Positions 1 to 9,512 of a stretch of 32,063 nt of DNA are shown in pieces; positions within the stretch are counted from its first letter, which is position 1, and each line of letters opens with the position of its first letter. A model generated the notes under the pieces. That model did no database searches, was not told the DNA's origin, and saw only the letters and a program-made list of their open reading frames with translations. This DNA is from Candidatus Hodarchaeota archaeon. GTDB taxonomy: Archaea > Asgardarchaeota > Heimdallarchaeia > Hodarchaeales > Hodarchaeaceae. The position numbers and the translations under genes are program-made. The stretch lies in the NCBI GenBank assembly GCA_016839785.1, contig JAEOTQ010000191.1, positions 1 through 32,063 of the forward strand, read 5' to 3'.

Positions 1-573
1 CGCGGAAAATTGATAATGGTTACTGGACCCTCTGGTTCCGGAAAATCCACTTTATTAAATGTATTATCAGGGTTGGACAAACCCTCAGAGGGTAAAATTA
101 TTTTTAGTGACGAAGATATATCCGGTTGGGAAGAGGAAAGGCTCTCTAAATTTCGTCAAGAGAATATCGGGTTCATCTTTCAAAATTGGGAATTGATACG
201 TACATTAACAGCCCTAGAAAATATTGAAAGCCCCCTATACCCGTTGAAGATTAAAAGTAAAGAAATCCGTACCAGAGCAATTTCTCTATTAAAGCAGGTT
301 GGATTGTGGGATAAAGTAGATAATTATCCAGATGAGCTTTCAGGGGGCGAACAACAGCGTATTGGTATCGCTAGAGCTTTAGTCGGAAAACCCAAAATTA
401 TCTTTGCGGATGAACCGACAGGGAATCTTGATCTTGACAATGCTGGGTCAGTTATGCGATTATTGAAGAGTTTTACGAAACGTGACACTGCTATACTAGT
501 AGTTTCTCACAATGAAGAACTTAAAAAGTATTCAGACAATGCATATAGGATGTCCAATGGTCGATTTATATAA
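1..573 (+). CDS. ABC transporter ATP-binding protein, LolD/MacB-like (5'-truncated by window edge)
   Basis: Walker A GPSGSGKST, Q-loop GFIFQ, signature LSGGEQQR, Walker B IIFADEPTGNLD, H-loop VVSH. The frame is open back to base 1. Confidence 0.9.
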   Translation, partial: RGKLIMVTGPSGSGKSTLLNVLSGLDKPSEGKIIFSDEDISGWEEERLSKFRQENIGFIFQNWELIRTLTALENIESPLYPLKIKSKEIRTRAISLLKQVGLWDKVDNYPDELSGGEQQRIGIARALVGKPKIIFADEPTGNLDLDNAGSVMRLLKSFTKRDTAILVVSHNEELKKYSDNAYRMSNGRFI

Positions 574-577
574 AAGG

Positions 578-1375
578 TTACTTAAAACCCTCTAATAGAG
601 CCGAGGCTAGATTATCGATATGCTTCGAGAAGGGATGATCTGGATTTTTCAGACTAAAGATATTTCTGGAACCTTCTCGGGCCACTTCACAAAAACATGG
701 AATCGAGGTGAGAACATCCATCCGCATTTCACTTTTTATCGTACTTTCAAAGGTTTTGACGAGCTCCAAATCCGCACTACTCCAAACACCTTCCTCAGGA
801 GGACAAGTTTCAGCTACGACTCGATTCAAGACTACATAGTTAATACTATCAAGCAAGGAGTAAAGCTGGCTAACCATACTTTTTGTTCCAGAGATATCAA
901 AGTCATCTGCTTTTAACACAAGACAAGTGGCATCACTAATAACTAGACCATCTATACTTTCCATTTGGACGCCTGGTGATGTGTCAATAATTGTAAAATC
1001 GAAATTAGCGTCGCTTAGTTCGTCACGAAGTTTCAAAATACGTTTTAGAGAGCGTTGACGTTGTTTCTTATCTGCTCGTACAATTTCCCCCATTTTACGA
1101 AAGTCTGTAGAGGCAAAAGCCGCATATAATGGAATTTTATATTCTTCTTCAAAGGAGACTAAGATATCTTCAGATTTGAGATCAGGATCAAAAAGGAGGT
1201 CATTAATGGTTGTCTTGGTTTCAATCCCACACAAAGTTTGTAAGTTTGGACCTCTAAAATCAAGGTCTAGGATAACAGTTTTGAAACCACGACGTGCTAA
1301 TGCAGTCGCAAGGTTTGCACTAAGATGAGTTTTTCCCGTTCCACCCTTATATGAATGAAATGCAACAATCTTCAT
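578..1375 (-). CDS. MinD/ParA-family deviant Walker A ATPase
   Basis: N-terminal KIVAFHSYKGGTGKT (KGGxGKT), LDLDFRGPNL switch I, IIDTSPG Walker B. ATG at 1375; the ORF track extends to a TTG at 1384. Confidence 0.88.
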   Translation of the reverse strand: MKIVAFHSYKGGTGKTHLSANLATALARRGFKTVILDLDFRGPNLQTLCGIETKTTINDLLFDPDLKSEDILVSFEEEYKIPLYAAFASTDFRKMGEIVRADKKQRQRSLKRILKLRDELSDANFDFTIIDTSPGVQMESIDGLVISDATCLVLKADDFDISGTKSMVSQLYSLLDSINYVVLNRVVAETCPPEEGVWSSADLELVKTFESTIKSEMRMDVLTSIPCFCEVAREGSRNIFSLKNPDHPFSKHIDNLASALLEGFK

Positions 1376-1428
1376 GGTTATCAACTATCAGTAAGGTTAT
1401 TTATTAATCTGGTTGTGATTTCAAAAGA

Positions 1429-2034
1429 CTATTTAAGCTCTGCAGCATCTCGTACAGCCTTACGACGACGTTCAATAAAATCTTCAGGCGAATTTGAGTT
1501 GTTATTAGTATACGTACTGATGTCTTTCCATGGTTCGCCTGATTTAATGAAAAAAACCACTTTCTTTCTATTCTCACGGTCAGGTTTTTTCCTTAAATAC
1601 CCCATGTCCCATAGCTGATTAAGATAATCGCTTTCAAGGGGACGTGATTTACCTGTTTCATGAGAAACTTCAATTGCCGTTGCTCCAGATTCTTTTGTTA
1701 ACATGACTTTGTATGTTCTTCGGAGATGACTTGGGATATTCGTCAGTATATCTAAACCAGTAGAAATAAGTTCTGGTTCCTTTTCCACAATAAAATCTTC
1801 AGTTAAGGATTCTAATCGTTTTAAATTATTCTGAGCAAGAACCTTTATGGTATGAATTTCCTTTTCTATATCTGATAATGACTCTCGAACATCCTGAGTA
1901 ACATTCTTAATTTCCTCACGAACATCTTGGAAGTTCTCCTGAAGAAATAAGCGAAATTCCTCGTTAAGAGAGAAATAAAGGCTAGTTGAGGGTTTCTTGG
2001 ACGTATTTCTATTTGAAGGTTCTTGTGAGTTCAT
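1429..2034 (-). CDS. Archaeal-type DNA-binding protein: N-terminal coiled-coil-like region plus C-terminal winged HTH
   Basis: Heptad-like segment QDVREEIKNVTQDVRESLSDIEKEI followed by a wHTH-like segment IPSHLRRTYKVML..GATAIEVSHETGKSRPLESDYLNQLWDMGYLRK. Confidence 0.7.
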   Translation of the reverse strand: MNSQEPSNRNTSKKPSTSLYFSLNEEFRLFLQENFQDVREEIKNVTQDVRESLSDIEKEIHTIKVLAQNNLKRLESLTEDFIVEKEPELISTGLDILTNIPSHLRRTYKVMLTKESGATAIEVSHETGKSRPLESDYLNQLWDMGYLRKKPDRENRKKVVFFIKSGEPWKDISTYTNNNSNSPEDFIERRRKAVRDAAELK

Positions 2035-2169
2035 AATGAAACCCGAATGAAATTTGATAGTCTTTTTCGCGAATTACTATAGTACAAGGATATATTTTCT
2101 CCAAATATTCGCTAATCCATACATACAAACAAACTACATGCCTTCTTAAGAACTATTCGAATTGTACAG

Positions 2170-2211
2170 TAAATAAATAAAGAGAGGAAGAAACAAAGGA
2201 AGCCGTGCTTC
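2170..2211 (-). terminator. Possible terminator after the small wHTH gene
   Basis: GAAGC-(3 nt)-GCTTC hairpin at 2199-2211, followed on the minus strand by a long pyrimidine/T-rich tract, about 10 nt after the stop at 2221. Confidence 0.4.
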
Positions 2212-2220
2212 AATTATTCC

Positions 2221-2508
2221 TTAATTAATTGCATAAAAGTGAGTACGTAAATCGTGTAAGTCGGGTACGCGGCGGGCCATGTTTTCATCAACAAGTATTT
2301 TAAGGCCATAACGAATGGTACGATGAGATAATGAGGTATACAACCCAATTTCTCGGGGTTTGAGAGCGCCATTCGTCTGTAGGAGTTGATAAATTTCACG
2401 TGCCGACTTGGGTAATTTTGCTACCTTTTCGTCTTTTCCCCCAAAGTGTAAATCACTTACATCAGATTTTGATTCAATTGCTGCCATTTGGGTCACTACC
2501 TGTGTCAA
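2221..2508 (-). CDS. Small winged-helix (MarR/ArsR/TrmB-like) transcription regulator
   Basis: LPKSAREIYQLLQTNGALKPREIGLYTSLSHRTIRYGLKILVDENM..R..FY matches the archaeal LPxSA..RTxRYxL wHTH pattern. Alternative ATG start at 2487. Confidence 0.8.
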   Translation of the reverse strand: MTQVVTQMAAIESKSDVSDLHFGGKDEKVAKLPKSAREIYQLLQTNGALKPREIGLYTSLSHRTIRYGLKILVDENMARRVPDLHDLRTHFYAIN

Positions 2509-2517
2509 TTATGTGTT

Positions 2518-2737
2518 TCCAACAAATTATCAACACTTAATCAACATTTCATCATCAACACATCAACACTTATAAATATTATCCTTAATGCAGATATCTC
2601 TCAAATACCTCGAAAAATTATGATCAACCAGTAGAGCTGTTATATTTCCAATTTTGGACACATATAATTCAAAATTTAATAATGAAACCTGGTTTAGGTC
2701 AAAATTGAATTTTCATCAACATGATGCTTCATCAACA
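2518..2737. repeat. Cluster of ATCAACA direct repeats, five of them phased at 11 bp
   Basis: TCCAACA 2518, ATCAACA 2529, ATCAACA 2540, ATCATCA 2551, ATCAACA 2562, with an extra copy at 2554. Also ATCAACC at 2623 and TTCATCAACA at 2712 and 2728. Confidence 0.75.
2569..2577 (-). promoter_or_regulatory. Candidate TATA box for the wHTH gene
   Basis: TTTATAA on the minus strand, directly upstream of the repeat array and about 60-85 nt before the candidate start codons. Confidence 0.45.
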
Positions 2738-3039
2738 GTTCTCATATTGTGATAAGATTACTACTTTTTCCAGCTTACAAAACGGAAGTTTGGTGGCGAA
2801 CAATATTGGTATCTAACCCCTGATGAATCAGAACCAGTTAATACTGAATTAGAAAAAGTTGGATTATAATCTAAGGATTTATAAGTGGTAATTGTAGGTT
2901 TTGTAAGGTTTAATAAGATTCCTTCATTCCTTCGATAATACGTTTAGACTAGGTAATAATTTCAGATATCTGATTAGGAAATCCAAAAAGGAAATATTGT
3001 ACTCATCGACAACAAATATAAACCGAGATTTGATTAAAC

Positions 3040-4626
3040 ATGAATTGGTTACATCTAGGGGAAATGATTAAGGTCAATGCTCGTAAATATCCAAACAAAT
3101 TAGCAGTTAAGGATAGAAACCGTTCACTAACCTTCAGAGATTATGATATAAGAACAAATATGTTAGCGAACGGTTTACTCAAAAGAGGTTTGAAAAAAGG
3201 AGATAAAATAGCAGTTTTACTAAATAACTGCGTTGAATTTTTAGAAATTTATGGTGCAGCTGCAAAAGCTGGTCTTATCATTGTTCCCCTGAATTTCCGA
3301 CTTCTACCAGCTGATCTTTATTGGATAGTCCGAAATGCAGAAGTAGAAATGGTCATGGTTCAAGATAGATACTATGACATTACAATTGAAAGTTGGGATT
3401 TAATCATTGAATTTGGACTAGATAAACTTCAACATGTTTTGATAGGAGATATTCCAGTCGTAGAGAATTGGAGTTATTACAAGGATATTGTAAGAGAGGG
3501 TGAAGAACTATATCCTTCAGTACAGGTAGACCCCGAGGATACGTGGATTCTTCTATATACATCTGGTACAACTGGTAGCCCTAAGGGTGTAGTTCGCTCG
3601 CATCGCTCATACATATCTTTTTTTCTAATCAATGCAGCAGAATTCTCTTTCACTCCAGATGATTACGGTTTAGTGTTAATGCCATTATCCCATGTTAACT
3701 CTACATTTTATGGGTTTGTTTTTACATATATTGGGGCAAGCCTTTATGTTCACATTGAATATCAATTTAATCCTGAAGAAGTCTTACGAATTTTCGAACA
3801 AGAAAAAATTACATTCACTAGCATGATACCCACACATTATAATCTAATTCTTAGCCTCCCAGATGAAATCTTGAAGAAGTATGATCTTAGCTCCATTCTA
3901 TCTCTTTTAACATCCTCAGCTCCAGCTACAAAAAAGATGAAATACGAAGTTATGGAGCTTTTCAAGGGTGTAAGGCTTTTTGAGGCATATGGTTCAACAG
4001 AAGCAGGTCTAGTTACAATTTTAAGGCCAGAAGATCAGATCAAAAAAGCTGGATCAATTGGACTTGAATGCATAGGGACAGATACTATTAAAATATTAGA
4101 TAATACACGAAAGCCAGTACCTGAAGGAAAAATAGGAGAACTATTCTCTCGTGGTCCAATGCAGCATATTAAATACCATAAGTTACCAGAAAAAACTTTG
4201 GAAAGTATGGAGGATGGTTTTTTCAGTGCAGGAGATATGGCTAAAAGAGATGAGGATGGTTATTTATATCTCGTCGATAGAAAGGCGAACATGATAATTA
4301 CTGGAGGAGAACATGTTTTTCCTTCTGAGGTACAAAAGACCATTAATGAACTACCTTCTGTACTTGAATGTGCGGTGATAGGATTACAAGATTATAAATG
4401 GGGAGAGTTAGTTACCGCTATTTGTGTTCTGGGACCAGATTTTGAAGCTACCGAAGAGTTGGAAGATGAAATCAAAAACCATTGTAAAAAGGATTTAGCA
4501 AGGTTTAAGGTTCCGAAAAAGGTCTTTTTTATTGATTACGAGGATGTACCACGAACAGGCTCTGGTAAAATCATTCACAGAATTCTACGTGAGCGATACA
4601 ACGATTTACTTGCTCAAAAACATTAA
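3040..4626 (+). CDS. Acyl/aryl-CoA ligase (AMP-forming, CaiC/FadD-like)
   Basis: AMP-binding motif LLYTSGTTGSPKG, plus YGSTEAG, SAGDMA, DRKANMIITGGEHVFP and the terminal PRTGSGKI lysine motif. Confidence 0.9.
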   Translation: MNWLHLGEMIKVNARKYPNKLAVKDRNRSLTFRDYDIRTNMLANGLLKRGLKKGDKIAVLLNNCVEFLEIYGAAAKAGLIIVPLNFRLLPADLYWIVRNAEVEMVMVQDRYYDITIESWDLIIEFGLDKLQHVLIGDIPVVENWSYYKDIVREGEELYPSVQVDPEDTWILLYTSGTTGSPKGVVRSHRSYISFFLINAAEFSFTPDDYGLVLMPLSHVNSTFYGFVFTYIGASLYVHIEYQFNPEEVLRIFEQEKITFTSMIPTHYNLILSLPDEILKKYDLSSILSLLTSSAPATKKMKYEVMELFKGVRLFEAYGSTEAGLVTILRPEDQIKKAGSIGLECIGTDTIKILDNTRKPVPEGKIGELFSRGPMQHIKYHKLPEKTLESMEDGFFSAGDMAKRDEDGYLYLVDRKANMIITGGEHVFPSEVQKTINELPSVLECAVIGLQDYKWGELVTAICVLGPDFEATEELEDEIKNHCKKDLARFKVPKKVFFIDYEDVPRTGSGKIIHRILRERYNDLLAQKH

Positions 4627-4811
4627 TTTATGTGTAATTTAATTCTTCGTGATTGTACATTGAATAGAAATCTCTTGTATTTCTTGTTACTATGAATGTA
4701 ATTCACTTTTTATCTTCTTTTCAATGTCTAATATATACGAAAATTCTAAAAATACTCACTTATAATGAATTTTTACTTTCAACCATCATTTTATTAAACG
4801 GTGTTCATCAA

Positions 4812-5705
4812 ATGAAGATTCAAAATGTGAAAAAAATATGTGTTATAGGAGCAGGATTAATGGGTAATGGTATAGCTCAAGTCTGTGCTCAAGCTGGGTA
4901 TCAAGTTGCCATGAGGGACATTGAAGACCATTTTGTAGAGAAAGGTCTTTCTATGATTAATAAAAATTTATCACGTGGAGTCAAAAAAGGAAAAATGACT
5001 CAAGATCAAATGAACGAAATCCTCACAAGAATTAAAGGAACTACCGATTTGAAAGAAGCTACGGAAGGAGCTGATGTGGTCATTGAGGCTATCATTGAAA
5101 ATTTGGACTTAAAACGTAAAGTATTTGCAGAATTAGAAGAAATTTGCGATTCAAATGTAATTTTTGCTTCAAATACATCATCAATATCTATTACAGACAT
5201 GGCTGCAGCCACTAAACGTCCAAATAAGTTCATCGGTATGCATTTTTTCAACCCTGTGCCTGTGATGAGGTTGGTTGAAATAATTAAAGGATATGACACC
5301 TCAGATGAGACATATCAGTTCATTGATGAGCTTTCTCAAAAATTAGGGAAAGAGACTGTTCTTGTTAATGAAGCTCCTGGGTTCGCAGTAAATCGTCTCC
5401 TGTTACCATTCTTCCTTGAAGCAATTTTTACATTACAAGAAGGAGTAACAACGGTTGAGGATATGGATAAAGCAATAACTTTAGGTTTAAATCATCCTAT
5501 GGGTCCATTTACTTTGTTAGATTTTGTAGGTCTGGATACAACACTTTTTATAGCTGATTATTTCGTTACAGAATTTCAAGATTCTAAGTACCGTGTTCCC
5601 ACACTACTACGAAAAATGGTACGTGCAAATCATCTAGGGAGAAAAACAGGTAAAGGATTTTATGATTACTCTACTAATCCTCCTACACCTCGAAAATTCA
5701 TATAA
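4812..5705 (+). CDS. hbd: 3-hydroxybutyryl-CoA (3-hydroxyacyl-CoA) dehydrogenase
   Basis: VIGAGLMGNGIAQ Rossmann motif, ASNTSS, GMHFFNPVPVM catalytic His, HPMGPF, LGRKTGKGFY. Start set at ATG 4812 after a GGTG RBS; the ORF-track extension from 4692 is low-complexity. Confidence 0.9.
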   Translation: MKIQNVKKICVIGAGLMGNGIAQVCAQAGYQVAMRDIEDHFVEKGLSMINKNLSRGVKKGKMTQDQMNEILTRIKGTTDLKEATEGADVVIEAIIENLDLKRKVFAELEEICDSNVIFASNTSSISITDMAAATKRPNKFIGMHFFNPVPVMRLVEIIKGYDTSDETYQFIDELSQKLGKETVLVNEAPGFAVNRLLLPFFLEAIFTLQEGVTTVEDMDKAITLGLNHPMGPFTLLDFVGLDTTLFIADYFVTEFQDSKYRVPTLLRKMVRANHLGRKTGKGFYDYSTNPPTPRKFI

Positions 5706-5764
5706 TTAAGATTTGGACAGTAATAATGCAACCTTATTACAGTTCTGTCTTTTTTACCGATTTA

Positions 5765-6973
5765 TTAATTTTTAAGGACATTTATCACAATTGCAGCTGC
5801 GGAATCGCCTGCTGAACACCCTGCGAAAAGCCCATAACCTCCATTTTTTAAAGCTAATTCTTCAATAAGTTCAATGACTAATCGCATACCTGTTGGGGCT
5901 TGAGGATGCCCCCAAACGAGTGAAGACCCATAATTATTAATTGAATCAAGTGGAATACCCATTTCTCTACTAAAGTAGATATCATTGACAGTAAAGGGAT
6001 TATGAAGTTTAGTAGCACTAATGTCATCTACAGAAAGGTTAGCATATTTAAGCGCATTTTGTGCCGCAGGTACAGGTGCTGTTGGCATATAACCCTTCTT
6101 ACTCCGAGCTTGACTAAAAGATAGGACTTGGATTTCAATATCTTTGTTAAGAGATAATTCCTTTGCTTTTTCTTGAGTTGTCAAAACCAATCCACAATTC
6201 CCATCAGAAGGATGAGTTTGAGCACCATAAGTAACAGTTCCAGCCTTAAGAACAGGTTTTAGTCTTGCTAATCTCTCTGCTGTTGTTGTATGAACTCCTT
6301 CATCTTCTTCGACGTTTGCAATGATTCTCTTACCTGATTTAACTTCTACGGGGGTAATCATAAACCTTCGTAAGAATTCAGAATCATTTTTTAGCGCTTG
6401 AGCATACTGTTTATAGCGCAACAATACAACCTCTTCTTGGTCTTCACGAGTTATTCCAGCATCTCTAGCAACGTTTTCTGCTGTTTGAATCATAGGATTT
6501 TTGGCGTAGGGATCATAACCAAAATTGTCCCAGACCCAATTTTCCAGATCAGCTTTTCCTCCAGGAGCAAGAGGATTGGGATATAAAACCTGGGGACCAT
6601 TACTGGTACGATCACATGTTACAGTTAAAATGCAGTAATTGGGACTATTGCTGGTTTCTATTTCAGAGGCTGAATTTGCGATTACTCGAGCTGAGGTTGC
6701 ACATGCCTGAGCAATCATTGAACCCGTGATTGTAGGTGCACCAATAAGACCTGAAAGCCATGTTTGACCATAAAAGCTGTGTTTCTGTGGAATAGTTATC
6801 CCCAGATGAACTGAATTAAAGATTTCAGGAGGGATTTCGCATTTATTGAGAGCACGAGTCGTTATTTCAGCAGCAAATGTAATTGCATTTTGATTAGCAA
6901 AACTTCCCTGCCAGCGTACAAAGGGGGTACTCCAGTAGCATCCATATGGAATGAAGGTGTTTGAAAACTGCAT
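5765..6973 (-). CDS. Thiolase (acetyl-CoA C-acyltransferase), probably the 3-oxopimeloyl-CoA-type thiolase of the benzoyl-CoA pathway
   Basis: Catalytic Cys in QACATS, HNPF, NNYGSSLVWGHP, C-terminal GCSAG. Lies 9 bp downstream of oah on the same strand. Confidence 0.85.
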   Translation of the reverse strand: MQFSNTFIPYGCYWSTPFVRWQGSFANQNAITFAAEITTRALNKCEIPPEIFNSVHLGITIPQKHSFYGQTWLSGLIGAPTITGSMIAQACATSARVIANSASEIETSNSPNYCILTVTCDRTSNGPQVLYPNPLAPGGKADLENWVWDNFGYDPYAKNPMIQTAENVARDAGITREDQEEVVLLRYKQYAQALKNDSEFLRRFMITPVEVKSGKRIIANVEEDEGVHTTTAERLARLKPVLKAGTVTYGAQTHPSDGNCGLVLTTQEKAKELSLNKDIEIQVLSFSQARSKKGYMPTAPVPAAQNALKYANLSVDDISATKLHNPFTVNDIYFSREMGIPLDSINNYGSSLVWGHPQAPTGMRLVIELIEELALKNGGYGLFAGCSAGDSAAAIVINVLKN

Positions 6974-6982
6974 TTTGATTCC

Positions 6983-8086
6983 TCATTCATTAGTAGGTTT
7001 TGGTAGAACCATATCAATGAGCTCTTGATCAAATGGGTGAGCTTCAGCTAATAGTTGACGGTATTTAATGAAATCAATAACATCTTTTCCCGTTTGTTTT
7101 CTTTCATTAAAGGCTCTAAAACCAAGTAATGCCTCTGTGGTCATGTTAACAGATAGCCAATGACGATTAGCAAGCTTTGTTTGATCCCAAAAGAATTTTT
7201 TCTTCATTCGGATTCCATCGATAGATTTCATTAAACATCCCGGGAAAAGGTTTGCATAAGCCCAAATAGTTTCATCAATAGTTTTATCTAAAAAAGAAAG
7301 ATCAATTGTACAGCTTTTCATAAGTTGTCGTGCGTCTTTAAAGGCTTGACCGACAAGAAATTCACCGTAAATTATTTCCCCATCGTGAATATATTTATCA
7401 GTATGAACGGTAGGGTTTCTGATGAATTGGTCATCCTTTTTCAAGATTGGAACGACTTTTGAAATCATACCAAGATGTTTCATTTTGTAAGAACTCCATA
7501 ATTCACAAGAGACGCAATTCCACATAGCATCTTCAATTGAAAGCATCCAAGGAAGAAAATCTGTCGATCCACCATCTGGAGCAGAGCCATGACGAGGACC
7601 AGCTTGACCAAAAATTGCTGTATCTGCAGAGATTGTTATATCAGTAGCCATCCCAATTTCCTGTCCACCAGCCACGCGCATACCATTTGTTCGGCAAATA
7701 ACTGGTTTTTTACAATTTAATATCGCATCAACCATAGCGTTAAAGAGATCCATATAGAGGCCATATTCGTTAGGCTTACCAGAGTAATATTCAGCGTATT
7801 CTTTCGTATTTCCACCTGTACAGAAAGCTCTATCCCCTGCTCCTGTGAATACTACACTGACAACACTTCGATCCATTGAAGCTCTCGAGAAACCCGCAAT
7901 TACACCTTTTACCATTTGAGTAGTATAAGAATTTAGCTGGGCGGGATTATTAAGTATTATCCAAGCTGAATGGAGACCCTCAGCTGATTTTCTAGTTACA
8001 GGATTAACCAAGGGTCGAAGCTCATACGTAATACAAGGAGGTTCAGTTCCAAAAAATTCATCAGTCCAAAGATCATGGTTTTTCAT
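6983..8086 (-). CDS. oah: 6-oxocyclohex-1-ene-1-carbonyl-CoA hydrolase (ring-opening; Oah/BamA/BzdY)
   Basis: Diagnostic stretches AWIILNNPAQLNSYTT, AFCTGGNTKEYAEYY, NGMRVAGGQEIGMA and QAGPRHGSAPDGGSTDFLP. Confidence 0.93.
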   Translation of the reverse strand: MKNHDLWTDEFFGTEPPCITYELRPLVNPVTRKSAEGLHSAWIILNNPAQLNSYTTQMVKGVIAGFSRASMDRSVVSVVFTGAGDRAFCTGGNTKEYAEYYSGKPNEYGLYMDLFNAMVDAILNCKKPVICRTNGMRVAGGQEIGMATDITISADTAIFGQAGPRHGSAPDGGSTDFLPWMLSIEDAMWNCVSCELWSSYKMKHLGMISKVVPILKKDDQFIRNPTVHTDKYIHDGEIIYGEFLVGQAFKDARQLMKSCTIDLSFLDKTIDETIWAYANLFPGCLMKSIDGIRMKKKFFWDQTKLANRHWLSVNMTTEALLGFRAFNERKQTGKDVIDFIKYRQLLAEAHPFDQELIDMVLPKPTNE

Positions 8087-8270
8087 TTCTTTTATCCTTC
8101 CTAAGATTGTAAATTAAAATAAAAATGACAAGAAACAAGGAAGCATAAAAAATCTCTGATTAATATAAATCCAATATTTGAAAAGCAAAAGAGTGAAAAA
8201 ATCATCAAGCAATACGAAAAGGTAAGTCAAAAAAATAGATTCATAAATTTATTACTAGGTTGGATGAATA

Positions 8271-9470
8271 ATGATAGATTTTTCACTTGCAGAAGAACAA
8301 ATTATGCTCCGAGATAGCGTTAGAGATTTCACAGAACGTGAAATAGCCCCTAAAGTTAGCGACTATGATAAACAACAAAAAAGTCTTTATCCTGAAGTTC
8401 TTCCTAAAATGGGAGAGTTAGGTATACTTGGAGTATGTATACCTGAAAAATATGGTGGAGCAGGTTTTGATAATATCGCTCTTGCTCTTGTATGTGAAGA
8501 ATTAGAGCGAATTGATACCTCCTTAAGGGTAATTATGTCTGTTCATACTGCCTTGAACAGCTATACACTTTGGCAATGGGCAACGTCAGACCAGAAAGAA
8601 AAATATCTAATTCCACAAGCACAAGGAACAAAAATTGGTGCATTTGGTTTAACAGAGCCAGAGTGTGGTTCTGATGTTGCAAATTTACAAACACGAGCAG
8701 TCCGAGAAGGGGATGAATATATTTTAAACGGAGCAAAGCAATGGATTAGTCTTGTCGATGTAGCGGATAATTTTCTGATTTTTGCACGATTAGGAAAAGA
8801 AAAAGGTTACAAGAGTATTGTTGGATTTATTGTTGAAAAAAAATATCCAGGTGTCTCGACTAATTCTTTCCACGATAAATTAGGGATTAGAACAGGGGAT
8901 ACAGGTGAGATTATACTGCAGAATGTCAGAGTTCCAGCAGAGAATCTTCTTGGAAAAGAAACTGAAGGCTTTAAAATTGCTATGACTGCACTTGACAATG
9001 GCCGCTATACAGTTGCTGCTGGAGCTGTTGGTTCAATCAGAGCTAGTCTCGAAGCAGCAACAAAATATTCTCATGAAAGAAAAGCTTTCGGCCAAGAAAT
9101 TGGAAAATTACAATTAATTCAAGAACACATTGCATATATGCAAGCAGGATATGACCAGTCTCAGCTATTGGTATTTAAAGCAGGATGGGTAAGAAACCAA
9201 GGAATTCCAAGTACACGAGAAACAAGTATGGCAAAGTGGCAAGCTACAAATCATGCTTCTGATGCAGCCAATAGAGCGATCCAAATTCATGGAGCAATGG
9301 GATATAGTGGCGATTTCCCAGTAGAACGATCCTGGAGAAATGCACGTGCAAATACAATTCTAGAAGGGACAAATGAGATTCATAAACTAATTCAAGCTTC
9401 CTTCATACTTGGATATCGAAAGAAAGCAGAACTTCGATGCGAAATACCTCCATATAAATCAGGAGAATGA
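8271..9470 (+). CDS. Acyl-CoA dehydrogenase, candidate glutaryl-CoA dehydrogenase
   Basis: AFGLTEPECGSD, LNGAKQWIS, ERKAFGQEIG, IQIHGAMGYS, TILEGTNEI. The substrate is inferred from pathway context only. Confidence 0.85.
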   Translation: MIDFSLAEEQIMLRDSVRDFTEREIAPKVSDYDKQQKSLYPEVLPKMGELGILGVCIPEKYGGAGFDNIALALVCEELERIDTSLRVIMSVHTALNSYTLWQWATSDQKEKYLIPQAQGTKIGAFGLTEPECGSDVANLQTRAVREGDEYILNGAKQWISLVDVADNFLIFARLGKEKGYKSIVGFIVEKKYPGVSTNSFHDKLGIRTGDTGEIILQNVRVPAENLLGKETEGFKIAMTALDNGRYTVAAGAVGSIRASLEAATKYSHERKAFGQEIGKLQLIQEHIAYMQAGYDQSQLLVFKAGWVRNQGIPSTRETSMAKWQATNHASDAANRAIQIHGAMGYSGDFPVERSWRNARANTILEGTNEIHKLIQASFILGYRKKAELRCEIPPYKSGE

Positions 9471-9512
9471 ATTTTTCAAGATCTTATAATCAGAAAAGCT
9501 ATTATCTAAATC

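Noticed and set aside
2518-2737. ATCAACA repeats as a CRISPR array
   Set aside because: The units are 7-10 bp with no 25-40 bp repeats or unique spacers, and no cas genes are present.
2756-2869. Short plus-strand open stretch DYYFFQLTKRKFGGEQYWYLTPDESEPVNTELEKVGL*
   Set aside because: It has no start codon after the upstream stop and no recognisable family. It could be a gene remnant but cannot be supported.
4692-4811. N-terminal extensions in the ORF track (hbd from 4692; likewise starts at 10778, 11943, 14233, 18732)
   Set aside because: The extensions run through AT-rich intergenic DNA or overlap neighbouring genes. Downstream starts match the family N-termini, and most have RBS-like motifs.
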